Positions 41,162-50,434 of a stretch of 64,000 nt of DNA are shown here, piece by piece. The position numbers were made by a program, and so were the translations under genes. Under the pieces are notes generated by a model. That model was not told the DNA's origin and searched no databases. It saw only the letters and a list, made by a program, of their open reading frames with translations. The DNA is from an uncultured Nitrospiraceae bacterium (GTDB taxonomy: Bacteria > Nitrospirota > Nitrospiria > Nitrospirales > Nitrospiraceae), in assembly GCA_963730935.1 (NCBI GenBank), contig CAVSTP010000003.1:32001-96000 (forward strand). Direction: 5' to 3'. Position 1 is the first letter of the stretch; every line of letters begins with the position of its first letter.

Positions 41162-41362
41162 ATGAACTGCCCTCGTTGTCATGGTCTGATGGTGACCATC
41201 CGATTGGAAGATGCGGGAAGCTCTTCACTCTCCTTCTCAGGGTGGCGATGTCTGCTGTGTGGTGAGGTGATTGATTCGGGGATCAAAGCGAATCGGGAAG
41301 TGTTCCACGGACCAATGGGCAGCCGGGGCCATGCTCGATACGGCGTTTCGCTTGTGCCGTAG
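41162..41362 (+). CDS. Small zinc-ribbon protein
   Basis: MNCPRCHGLMV...GWRCLLCGEVID..I.ANR; GGGAG RBS. Confidence 0.78.
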   Translation: MNCPRCHGLMVTIRLEDAGSSSLSFSGWRCLLCGEVIDSGIKANREVFHGPMGSRGHARYGVSLVP

Positions 41363-41609
41363 GACCGTCTCAACGGCGAGGGGCGATCGTAATTCGATTG
41401 AATCCACCTCCACCGGCGCGAAACACTCGAGTTTCCAGATCTCCTGCAGCCAGCTCAAGACGGCCGAAATGAGGTGCGGGCGAGCGAGAGTATGAAAGGA
41501 GGATCTGGCCTCGTACGAGCCAGACAAGACCTTGCGGTAGGATGCTAGATGTCCTCGTGGGGCCAGAGTTTTGATATGCACGAGCTATTACACGGGTAGG
41601 AGGTGTGCC

Positions 41610-41954
41610 ATGGGAAAAAGCATGCAAATATCGTCAGTCCGCAATTGGTCCGAGGGCGTCGGCGATCGCGCCCACCAACATTTCGAAATTTGGTACGGCG
41701 AGGAGGAGCGAAAGAACACGCTCGTTGCCCGAGTCTGGGCGACCAAAGATGGCCCGCATAGCGTCGAACTCTATCGAGAAAGCTCACTAATTGAACCGGT
41801 GCGTGTTCGGGTATTGGAGGGACTAATGCGCGAACTGGACATACATCTCATGAAGGATGAACGAGATGTCCCTAAATATCTCCTGCACCATTGCTCAATG
41901 GCCTCCCACGGCTACAGTCCATACGGATGGATACAAATCAATCCCGGGCGATAG
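41610..41954 (+). CDS. Hypothetical protein
   Basis: AGGAGG RBS. Confidence 0.7.
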   Translation: MGKSMQISSVRNWSEGVGDRAHQHFEIWYGEEERKNTLVARVWATKDGPHSVELYRESSLIEPVRVRVLEGLMRELDIHLMKDERDVPKYLLHHCSMASHGYSPYGWIQINPGR

Positions 41955-42077
41955 CGAACAGTGCAGAGCATCGACCGCCCAACCGAAATGTTTGATCGCT
42001 GGGAAAGAGAGGTGAGTGAGATGTATCAGGTTGGTGGGGCAAGCAATAGAAAATGTCCCCGGTGTTTTTGGGCAATT

Positions 42078-42121
42078 TGAGCAATTTTGGTCAGACAGCC
42101 CTCCCTCGAGAGACATAGTAT
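42078..42121 (+). promoter_or_regulatory. TGAGCAATTTTGGTCA box, 22 bp, then TAGTAT
   Basis: Box variant at 42078-42093. Confidence 0.65.
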
Positions 42122-42190
42122 GACATCGATGTTGGGACACCGTGTCCGTACGGGTAGTTGTGCTATCCGATCCTGTCAAAGGCAGTAGCC

Positions 42191-42512
42191 ATGGTGAAGC
42201 CTCCTGTCATGTTGGTAGGTAGTCTGTTCCTAAACATGGTGATGGTGTTCGGTTGTGCGAGCGGCTTCGGGGACCCGGCGAGTACATTCCCCGCGGGATT
42301 GTCCCAGCATCTGAGAGAACAGATGCTCCTCTATCGTGAGGAGAGCGCGGAACTCCGGGCCGCTGTATCGAGAGGAGTCTCAACGTTCTGCCGAGGAGTC
42401 GAGCCAGGAATCCGAACGGACCCGACGATATCGAGATTTTGCACAACAAGCTTGGGCGCAAGCTGAAGAGGCCGACCGGCATGCTGAAGAATACCAGGGT
42501 CGGTTGCTGTGA
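42191..42512 (+). pseudogene. Frameshifted helical lipoprotein
   Basis: VFGC lipobox; YREES...AQQAWAQAEEADRHAEEY continues in another frame after about 42365. Confidence 0.55.
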
Positions 42513-42564
42513 CGACCCCACCAGGTGGTTCCAACTCCGCACGTGAATGAAAGGACGTACGCCG

Positions 42565-42939
42565 ATGAAGTTAACACCGTTGCACGATTGGGTATTGATC
42601 CGGACCGGCGAGCCGAGCGAGAAGAGTGCCGGCGGCATTATCATTCCAGACACTGCGCAAGAGAGACCGGAGGAAGGAGAAGTCCTCGCTGTGGGGACCG
42701 GTCGCCTGATCGAGGATAAGGACTCGAAGGAGAAAATCAAGAAGAAGACATATGTGAAGACCACCCTTCAGCCGGGTGAGCATGTCCTGTACAAAAAATA
42801 CGCCGCCACACAAGTGGAGGGCGACGATGAAAAGTTGGTGCTGGTTCGTGAAGAGGATGTCCTGGGCACAAAGACTGGCGAGACGGCCATGCATCGGAGC
42901 ATTGGCTCCAAGCTTGAGCGAGAGATCCGAGTGCACTGA
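42565..42939 (+). CDS. groES: Co-chaperonin GroES (no adjacent groEL)
   Basis: MKLTPLHDWVLI, GGIIIPDTAQERP..GEVLAVGTG, VREEDVLG. Confidence 0.9.
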   Translation: MKLTPLHDWVLIRTGEPSEKSAGGIIIPDTAQERPEEGEVLAVGTGRLIEDKDSKEKIKKKTYVKTTLQPGEHVLYKKYAATQVEGDDEKLVLVREEDVLGTKTGETAMHRSIGSKLEREIRVH

Positions 42940-42942
42940 TAT

Positions 42943-43040
42943 GTGGCAGCAGACGCAACTCAGATTGCGTTGATCTCTTCTCGATCGGGATCGTGTTGCT
43001 GGTGATCCACCTGGTCCGACGCACCGTCCGGATCTTCACC
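42943..43040 (+). pseudogene. DUF1328-like C-terminal remnant
   Basis: VAADATQIAL / LFSIGIVLLVIHLV.RTVRI resembles the tail of 17486-17653. Confidence 0.45.
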
Positions 43041-43042
43041 AT

Positions 43043-43085
43043 TGAGCACTTTTGACCAGCCTCCCTTCCTCTAGAGGCATAGCAT
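43043..43085 (+). promoter_or_regulatory. TGAGCACTTTTGACCA box, 21 bp, then TAGCAT -10
   Basis: Upstream of the bacterioferritin-like gene. Confidence 0.78.
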
Positions 43086-43285
43086 TCAACGTATACCCCG
43101 TCATTAGGTACTCACCGACCATGCGGGAGGGGAGGAAGTTTATCACCGTCAGAACAGAAACCATGGGAAGTTGGGTTCTCGGGCCGATGTTGCACGCGAT
43201 CTCAGCGGTCCGAGGATGACAGGAAGCCTCGGGCGACTCATGATCGGCCAAATAGTACGGGGGCATTCCCCGCAAGGAGGAAATC

Positions 43286-43900
43286 GTGAAAGAAACCACA
43301 TCGACATCGGCGCATCCTGGAACCACAGCGTCTCGGACGTCCCGAAAGGAAGGAATCGTGAAGGAAGCACTCGGTCTGACGGACGTGAAGACGCTCCGGG
43401 ATCGGGCTCGTGAAGGGATTGAGGACGGCGCCATGACATCGGGTTACAAGGCCAACGCAAAGACGGTGATCAAGCTCTTGAATGATGCCCTCGCGACGGA
43501 AATCGTCTGTGTCCTTCGCTATAAGCGCCATTACTTCATGGCCACTGGGATCAGCTCCCTCAGCGTGAAGGGCGAGTTTCTCGAACATGCCACTGAGGAG
43601 CAAGCCCATGCCGATCAATTGGCCGAACGCATTGTCCAACTCGGGGGAGAGCCGAATCTGTCCCCTGAAGGGATGCTGAACCGAAGCCACTCGGAATATG
43701 TCGAAGGGGAAACTTTGGTGGAAATGATCACGGAAGACCTGATCGCCGAACGGATCGCGATTGAGAGCTATCGCGAAATGGTCGCTTATGTCGGCACGGA
43801 TGATTCGACGACCCGCCAGCTCTTAGAGGGGATTCTTGCGCAAGAAGAAGAACATGCAGAGGATCTGGCCGGCCTCCTGGATGACGGTATGGTGGTCTAG
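43286..43900 (+). CDS. Bacterioferritin/Dps-like ferritin-domain protein
   Basis: LNDALATE, EE..HAD.LA.RI.QLGG.P, EDL.AER.AI..Y, EEEHA.DL. Confidence 0.9.
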   Translation: MKETTSTSAHPGTTASRTSRKEGIVKEALGLTDVKTLRDRAREGIEDGAMTSGYKANAKTVIKLLNDALATEIVCVLRYKRHYFMATGISSLSVKGEFLEHATEEQAHADQLAERIVQLGGEPNLSPEGMLNRSHSEYVEGETLVEMITEDLIAERIAIESYREMVAYVGTDDSTTRQLLEGILAQEEEHAEDLAGLLDDGMVV

Positions 43901-44097
43901 TGGGGCATGGCGGTCTGCTGGTCGCCCTGGCCAAGCACGGTGCAGGGGGGCCACGGCCATCACGGTTGTCGTCGAGGCACGTATCGCCGCTGACCAGCCG
44001 ACTGGGACGCGCTAGTCGGGAGCATCATTGTCGATCGCTGGAGAAGAGCGGCAAGCTCAACGATCTTCTTGCGAACAAGTCTTCAAAGCGGGAGAGC

Positions 44098-44637
44098 GTG
44101 ACCGTGAGGACCGTCACATTACTGGGGAGTGCTCTGATGAGCATGACTCTACTGATCGGATGCATCGACAGGACCGAGCAGCCGCTCCTCCAGGTGCAGA
44201 AGGAGTTGGAACAGCTGTTCGGGACTGCATTGCTCAACGGTGATATCAGGATGCAGCGGGCCCGCGATCATCTCACCGTCGTGATGACCGAACGGCTGCT
44301 GTTCGATGCCGGGAGTCATGAGGTCAAACCCGATGGTATCGACTTGCTTAAGCAGATGGGCGTTCTTTTCAAAGCAGCTTCTCTCAAGGAAATCCGGGTT
44401 GCCGGGCACGCCGACAAGGCCTCGATCGATGACCATTCCGACGAGTATTTCGAGAAGTTGGCCCTATCCAAAGCACGTGCGACTCAAACGGTCCATGTTC
44501 TGCAGGAGAATGGAGCGGCTTCGCAGAGCTTTATCATTGAATGGTATGGAGACATCCGACCGATCGCAAGCAATGAGACTGAAGATGGGCGGCGAATGAA
44601 TCGACGTGTCGAGATTGTTCTGTATGGCGGAATCTGA
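44098..44637 (+). CDS. OmpA/MotB-domain lipoprotein
   Basis: LIGC lipobox, GHAD, LS.ARA, N.T..GR..NRRVEI. Confidence 0.85.
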   Translation: MTVRTVTLLGSALMSMTLLIGCIDRTEQPLLQVQKELEQLFGTALLNGDIRMQRARDHLTVVMTERLLFDAGSHEVKPDGIDLLKQMGVLFKAASLKEIRVAGHADKASIDDHSDEYFEKLALSKARATQTVHVLQENGAASQSFIIEWYGDIRPIASNETEDGRRMNRRVEIVLYGGI

Positions 44638-44682
44638 GCGGATACTCTCATCAGTGAACTGCAGGGGTCACGGGCAAACATT

Positions 44683-45189
44683 ATGATGAATCTGGACTTG
44701 ACCGCCGTTCTCTTCTTGCTTTCGGGCACTGCTGCCGGCATCGCAGTGATCTATTATTCATTCGGGATGGCTCGTGAATGGTTTAGAGAACGGCATCATT
44801 CCGGCAAAGGCATCTTCCGCAAGAAGAACACACCGGAAACGTCTCTCAATGCACACATTGCCACCGAATGGACTGAGGGTCGTCTCCGGTTGGACTCTAT
44901 TTTAACTCTGATCAAATCAGTTGCGGAATTGTTAGAGAAGGAAGTGAAGGCACTGCGGCGACTCGATCATTCAGATCCACGGTATGAAGGGGAGGTTCGT
45001 CAAATGGTCGGACCCACCCTGCGCTGCTTCACCTTCGATAAGCATTTGCGAGATGAGTGCCGCGTGCTGATTCCGCTCCTGCGATTCTGCGCCCAGGATC
45101 TCGCGCAATCGCAGGGTCTGGACATGACACAAAAATTGACCGTCCTCGATGAGATCCAAGCTGTCATCGAGTCGGTCGACCTCCACTGA
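44683..45189 (+). CDS. Single-TM hypothetical protein
   Basis: N-terminal TM helix, 168 aa. Confidence 0.6.
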   Translation: MMNLDLTAVLFLLSGTAAGIAVIYYSFGMAREWFRERHHSGKGIFRKKNTPETSLNAHIATEWTEGRLRLDSILTLIKSVAELLEKEVKALRRLDHSDPRYEGEVRQMVGPTLRCFTFDKHLRDECRVLIPLLRFCAQDLAQSQGLDMTQKLTVLDEIQAVIESVDLH

Positions 45190-45430
45190 CAGGCGAAAGG
45201 GGCGCAAGGGACTACCAGACGCAGTTTAACCGTATTATGCGCGATGATTCCTATGCGGGACTTGTGAAAAGGCTTAAGCAGGAGGGTGTGTCGCCAAAGT
45301 GTTTTGAGAGGACGGCGCCTGCCGTTGCGCTGTCGTCGATGCACACGGTTCCTCGGTAAGAATAATCTTCAGCCATTCACAATGCCGGCGGACTCGACCG
45401 CCGCCGTCTTTGTGAGAAAGGCGGTGGTCC

Positions 45431-45802
45431 ATGGCAAATCCTCGAACTTCGTCCGTCCGCAAAGAAATTCAAGAGTATCTCCAATGCTGCGAATGTCTGC
45501 TGTCAACCGCTCTCCTGCCCAAGAGTCCAGGGTTATCCGAAGACGAAGAGGGTATAGTTGAATATTATGCCGTTGAACTCTCAAAGCTAAATCCGCGACA
45601 GCGGAGTAAGTTGGAGTACCGCCATAGTGTCCTGGAATATATCCGCCTCAGCGAAGTCCTCTTGAAAGTCGATAATCTTTCTGACCAGGAGCATGAACAG
45701 ATGCAGCAAATGTTGAAGCAGGTTGCCATCAAACTGCTCAACTCAGGGCCCGGTGCTAAACCGAAAGCCGAATATCATTCTCTACTCGCTCTCTACAGTT
45801 GA
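45431..45802 (+). CDS. Hypothetical protein with internal repeat
   Basis: Two units of EY....E.LL...LS..E. Confidence 0.65.
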   Translation: MANPRTSSVRKEIQEYLQCCECLLSTALLPKSPGLSEDEEGIVEYYAVELSKLNPRQRSKLEYRHSVLEYIRLSEVLLKVDNLSDQEHEQMQQMLKQVAIKLLNSGPGAKPKAEYHSLLALYS

Positions 45803-45848
45803 CCATTGTCGAAACTCGCCCACGCCGGAAGATTAACGCCAAGCGGGC

Positions 45849-45892
45849 TGAGCGATTTTGACCAGATTGGTACTAGTCTACTCATTTAATGT
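45849..45892 (+). promoter_or_regulatory. TGAGCGATTTTGACCA box, 22 bp, then TAATGT
   Basis: Box at 45849-45864. Confidence 0.7.
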
Positions 45893-46000
45893 CGAAACTC
45901 TACGGAGCCGATGACGTGGAAATGAATGGTTTGCCACGTTACCTTTGTGCCGACTGGGTGAAGCTTGCTGACTGATCGTTGAGGAAAGAAAGACACGCCC

Positions 46001-46216
46001 TTGCTGGTGCTCACCAAAGAAGTACAGACGTTTATTCGTGCCTGCGAGCATCTCCTCTCTATGCCTTCTTCGCCTCCGATCTGTGATGATGAGCGAGCCC
46101 TTGTTAACTATTACATACAAGAGCTTGTGAATAAGTACGGTGCCCCGAAGGCGGACAGAGCCGGTTCGGCGGAGTCATGTGCCACTGGTCAGGGAACCCA
46201 GTCCCTGCGGTCATAA
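46001..46216 (+). CDS. Single-unit paralog of the 45431 protein
   Basis: KEVQTFIRACEHLLS...DDERALVNYYIQEL. Confidence 0.65.
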   Translation: MLVLTKEVQTFIRACEHLLSMPSSPPICDDERALVNYYIQELVNKYGAPKADRAGSAESCATGQGTQSLRS

Positions 46217-46750
46217 CTGCTATCCGCCGCCAGGCCCGGAGAAAGGCAAAGTGTTAGCCCGGATTTAAGTCCGGATATGGAGATGCGAATCAATGAGCAG
46301 ATTACCGTTATCGTTCGGCGACACTCAGCAGCGGTAGTCGAAGTCTACCGTCACGGTGACTGGTCTGGAAAACATGAAATATTCCCTGCATGCCATTCCG
46401 ATCGAGGTTCTTGCACTGGCCTTCATTGAGTTCGTCTTCGTGAGTACTTTGGCCGCAGTGCTTTGGTACATGTTTGGCCACAAGTGACTCTTTGTTATTC
46501 ATCAGAAGATTCAGCGTGGACAATTCTTTCATTTGGAGAATTGTTTTTTTACCTTCTTGCCTGCTCGGCCAGGGCCGTCATCGTGCTTAGCTTTTCCAGC
46601 CTCGACACTCCTTCCTCCCTAGGCGATTGAGGGCGCCGCCTGGTCGTCGATACGCACTGCTGCCTGCTCCTCAGTAAGAAGAACTTCTTTTCGCGACCGG
46701 CTGGAATGTCAAACCTAAACGTTAACGCCCGCTTGCCGGCTGGCTTTCAG

Positions 46751-46793
46751 TGAGCTGTTTTGACCAACTTGCCACGGGCCAGCCGCCCATACT
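46751..46793 (+). promoter_or_regulatory. TGAGCTGTTTTGACCA box, 21 bp, then CATACT
   Basis: Box at 46751-46766. Confidence 0.72.
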
Positions 46794-46855
46794 GTAGATC
46801 ATCAAAGGTTGAGAACATGTTTTCCTATTCGCATAGGAAGGAAGAGGTGATTCAT

Positions 46856-47824
46856 ATGCAGGCAACTTATGAACAGTGGTCGCAGGGGAGGGGTCATATT
46901 CAGTGGGGAGCGATCGTTGCCGGTCTGGCCGTCGGCCTTGCCGTGCAAATGCTCTTTACCTTGCTGGGATTGGCCATCGGGGCATGGTCGATCGATTTAC
47001 GAGAGGCCCAACCCACAGGCGGTATCCCATTAGCGACCGGTCTCTGGACGGGCATGTCCATGTTGATTTCCGCATTCGTCGGAGGCTATGCCTCTTCGCG
47101 TTTGTCCGGAGCCTCTAGCAGGACAGAGGGCCTATACCACAGTGCCGTACTCTGGGGTGTGACGTCGGTAGTTTTCGCATGGCTCGGCACGACGGCGCTG
47201 TCATTCATGATCGGAGGGCTGTTTACCACGTTGGGTGGTGGGTTACAGATGCTGAGCCAAGGCGTCGGCACGGCGGTGTCGGCGGCGGCATCAAAACTGC
47301 CGAGTGCGGACACGGCCAACATCACAGCGGCCGACCTTCGCAATCAGATCGAGTCTGTTCTGAAAGCGACCGAGAAGCCTGAATTGCAGCCCAGTGCGAT
47401 GAACAAGAAACTCGACAAGACAAGTGCTCAAGTACGAGAGGGCCAATCGCTTCAGAAAGTGAGCGATTCGACCATTAGTGAAATTCGAGACAAACTGGCT
47501 GCCATGGACCGCGATGCGGCAGTGAATGTCATGGTGAACAAACTAGGCATGTCAGAAAAACAGGCTCAAGAAGTGGCCCAATCCGTCATCGGCATGGTGG
47601 AGAGCGTCAAGCAGGCAGGTAAGGGAATCAAGGAGCAATCCATGGACCTCGGTAATGCCACGATGACACGTGTTGGATCTGCAGCCTGGTGGCTTTTTGT
47701 CCTGGCGGTGCTTTCGCTTGGCGCATCGCTTATCGGGGGAGCGCTCGGGACTGGCGGAGAGTTTTTAAGTCGACTGCAAGGTAGGGCATATCCCCTGGAG
47801 GTAAAACCGGCGATGAATAACTGA
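46856..47824 (+). CDS. Membrane protein with W.AI.AG...GG...RL pattern
   Basis: IQWGAIVAG, FVGGY...RLSG, G..H...LWG, AAWW.F. Confidence 0.75.
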   Translation: MQATYEQWSQGRGHIQWGAIVAGLAVGLAVQMLFTLLGLAIGAWSIDLREAQPTGGIPLATGLWTGMSMLISAFVGGYASSRLSGASSRTEGLYHSAVLWGVTSVVFAWLGTTALSFMIGGLFTTLGGGLQMLSQGVGTAVSAAASKLPSADTANITAADLRNQIESVLKATEKPELQPSAMNKKLDKTSAQVREGQSLQKVSDSTISEIRDKLAAMDRDAAVNVMVNKLGMSEKQAQEVAQSVIGMVESVKQAGKGIKEQSMDLGNATMTRVGSAAWWLFVLAVLSLGASLIGGALGTGGEFLSRLQGRAYPLEVKPAMNN

Positions 47825-47987
47825 TGGTCAGGACCCTCCGGACGGCCTCGGTCAAAGCGCAACCGTCGTTGGCTCTGTCGCCGAGTCCGTTCGCGAGCCG
47901 TAGAAAAGGGAAAGCGGGTACTTAAACGATGGGCTGGTCGAGCAAGGGTGGCGGCGCCACCTTAAATTCTCTAGAGGAGGCCACACC

Positions 47988-48356
47988 ATGACACGTCTCT
48001 TCACCAAGCAGACAATTTGTATTCTAGCAATATTGTTGAGTGGCTTCCTTGAAGCGGCGCCTATACAGGCTCAAGACCAAGCGCCGACAGTTGCTCCTGG
48101 AACCGATGCGACTATGGAGGGGGACATCGCAGCTGGTTCAGTTGAAGACACAATACGGGCCTGTATGGGCAGGATACCAAAAGATGCCAGTATCGGTCAG
48201 GTGATGATTGCAGAGCAAAGTTGCTGGCGGGATGAAAATGAACGCAAACCCGTACAGGCGATTCCCGGCGCACGCAGCACAGGCCTGACGTCTCCTGCGG
48301 AGCATCGTTCGGCAGTGGAGAGTGCCGATCGTGCCTCGATGGTCGTCTCTAAATGA
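47988..48356 (+). CDS. Exported hypothetical protein (family of 33583)
   Basis: GAGGAGG RBS; ACMGRIP...Q.MIAEQSC. Confidence 0.75.
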   Translation: MTRLFTKQTICILAILLSGFLEAAPIQAQDQAPTVAPGTDATMEGDIAAGSVEDTIRACMGRIPKDASIGQVMIAEQSCWRDENERKPVQAIPGARSTGLTSPAEHRSAVESADRASMVVSK

Positions 48357-48457
48357 AGGCGTGTCGATCGGAGTCGACTCCCATAACGTTATTGCATCAT
48401 CTGGTGTGAAACAGGACAAGACCGCGTGGGAGATAGAAGAAGGAAAAGGAATCCTCT

Positions 48458-48886
48458 TTGTTACCATCGAAGCCCATTGCCACCCAGGTGTTAGAATCCC
48501 TGGCGCGTAACCCCGCCTGCGAGTTCAAGCAGCTGGTCGCCGATTGCCCCGAATTCACCTGGAACCAACTCTTTTATGAGGTCGATTGGTTGAGCCAGCT
48601 CGGTCAGCTGTGTCTGACATCAGTCGGCGGTCACTACTCCATCAGTCTCCCCACATCCATAGGGGAGACCATGACGCCTGGACAGCCACAACCCTTCTCA
48701 CGAACCAGCGCAACCGATCGGCCCACTCCTGCTCGCCTAGATGGCGAACCCGGGCCGGTCGCGCCGGTTGACCGGCACGTCTGGATTGCCCAACGGGCGT
48801 ATCAGCTCTATGAAGCGCAAGGCCGGCGGGACGGCCTCGCGTTGGTGCATTGGCTCCAAGCCGAAGGCGAGTTCCCATTGCACTGA
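48458..48886 (+). CDS. Winged-helix-like domain fused to DUF2934
   Basis: P.FTWNQ....V..LS..GQL; IAQRAYQLYEAQGR.DG....HWLQAE. Confidence 0.75.
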   Translation: MLPSKPIATQVLESLARNPACEFKQLVADCPEFTWNQLFYEVDWLSQLGQLCLTSVGGHYSISLPTSIGETMTPGQPQPFSRTSATDRPTPARLDGEPGPVAPVDRHVWIAQRAYQLYEAQGRRDGLALVHWLQAEGEFPLH

Positions 48887-48924
48887 TATGGCTGCATCCG
48901 CGCGCTTCATCAATTCTCCAAAAC

Positions 48925-48967
48925 TGTGCGATTTTGACCAGATGACCATCCCTTAGAAGGATAGAAT
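48925..48967 (+). promoter_or_regulatory. TGTGCGATTTTGACCA box, 21 bp, then TAGAAT -10
   Basis: Box at 48925-48940. Confidence 0.78.
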
Positions 48968-49025
48968 GCATCATGAAGCAGCATTAGTGTTTGTGCATAT
49001 GCATCACTCTAGTCGGCCGGGTACC

Positions 49026-49784
49026 ATGCAATCATATCTCGCTTCATGGATTGTTGTTTGCGGAATGGCCATCGCAGTAACTGGATGCGCCCTGGTGCCC
49101 TTCAACAAGACCCCGGTAGCCGATAACGTAAATCACAATTCGCTGCGGGGACAGCCGGCGACCAGAGACGCCGTCATGCGAGTGGGGCCAAACGACAACT
49201 CTCCTACTTATGCGGTGAAAAGCACGTTCACCGAGTTACTCTCCATTCTCGGGAATGAGGCACTGAAGCAGCCGGACCTGTTTGAGGAACGCCGCCAACA
49301 AATTGCGCGAGTCATACGACACCGTGTCAATTATGGGCAAATGGCTCAACGCTCTCTGGGGGCTCCTTGGACGGGACTAAATGACACGGAGCGGCAGGAA
49401 TTTGTGCGCCTCTATGTTCAGTTACTACGGGATACGTTTGCCAACAAGATCGAGGAATATCACGACGAACAGATGGTCTATCTCTTTGAACGACGTGTGG
49501 GCAGCTTTGCCGAGGTCGGAACCAAGCTGATTGGCTCCAAGGTTGATACCTGGTTAGATTTCCGGTTAGCAGAACAATCCGGCGATTGGCTCGTCTACGA
49601 CGTGGTCATTGACGGCGCCAGCATCGTGGGAAACCACCGGGCACAGTTTGCCCGTATTATCCGCGATACCTCTTACGCAGGACTTGTGGAGCAGATGCAG
49701 CAGCGGGGCCTCGTCGTGAAAGTGTTTGAAAAGACCACACCTGTTATCACGCTGTCATCAATGCACACGTTCGCCGCTCCGTAA
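49026..49784 (+). CDS. MlaC/Ttg2D(HpnM)-family lipid-binding protein
   Basis: MA..SLG..W, Q..F...Y, WLVYDVVIDG.S.V.N.R.QF. Confidence 0.88.
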   Translation: MQSYLASWIVVCGMAIAVTGCALVPFNKTPVADNVNHNSLRGQPATRDAVMRVGPNDNSPTYAVKSTFTELLSILGNEALKQPDLFEERRQQIARVIRHRVNYGQMAQRSLGAPWTGLNDTERQEFVRLYVQLLRDTFANKIEEYHDEQMVYLFERRVGSFAEVGTKLIGSKVDTWLDFRLAEQSGDWLVYDVVIDGASIVGNHRAQFARIIRDTSYAGLVEQMQQRGLVVKVFEKTTPVITLSSMHTFAAP

Positions 49785-49916
49785 CCCGCCACCCCACGTT
49801 GGCGTGGGAAGGTGACACGTTTCGCAAGGACGTGAAACGAGTCGTCAACAGCTGACGGCACACAGACCGGAGGTGGATCGGAAGGTCCACCTCCGAGCTC
49901 TTGAGAAAGGACGGCC

Positions 49917-50162
49917 ATGCCTCTGGATCCGGACTGCACTCTCATGCTGGTGGATAAATCCACAGGAAGCCCCGTGCGTTGCCAACGGTGCGAGGGACTA
50001 CTCGTTTACGAAAAGTTCGATGAGCTGAGATATGGGACCGGCGGCCTGTGCCCGGCAACACGGTGCATCAATTGTGGATGTATCGAGGATTCCGTGGTTC
50101 GTGTCAATCGCCTCCACCCTCCTATGGCACAGCGAATGGCGTCTCACGGGATGGTGAGATAG
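49917..50162 (+). CDS. Small zinc-ribbon protein
   Basis: CQRCEGLLV...RCINCG.IED.V...NR. Confidence 0.7.
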   Translation: MPLDPDCTLMLVDKSTGSPVRCQRCEGLLVYEKFDELRYGTGGLCPATRCINCGCIEDSVVRVNRLHPPMAQRMASHGMVR

Positions 50163-50434
50163 GGCGGTGGCGTATTCCTCAGATCCCAATCTGAAGCAAT
50201 GGTTGCGGTTGAAAAGAATCAGCGGCTAGGAGCGCATGGGTGACGGACGTCGCCTGTCTGCCTGCTGAGCATCTGAGAGAGGGTCCCTGGAGCCGCCAGG
50301 GAGGACTCCGTGTGAGATCGCTGTCCCATAAGCGACGAAATGCTAGTTAGAGATTCCGAGAAGACTAGCCGAGCTATCAAGCCCAAGGCAGTGCGTCCTC
50401 CGTGGCCGCACCTGTCCTCAAGGCAGGAGGGGTG

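Noticed and set aside
42021..42080. Fourth zinc-ribbon gene (KCPRC)
   Set aside because: Stops after a few codons and has no second CxxC; at best a relic
50200..50430. Cobalamin riboswitch upstream of the B12 radical SAM gene
   Set aside because: Hairpins are present, but the conserved B12-box elements are not seen
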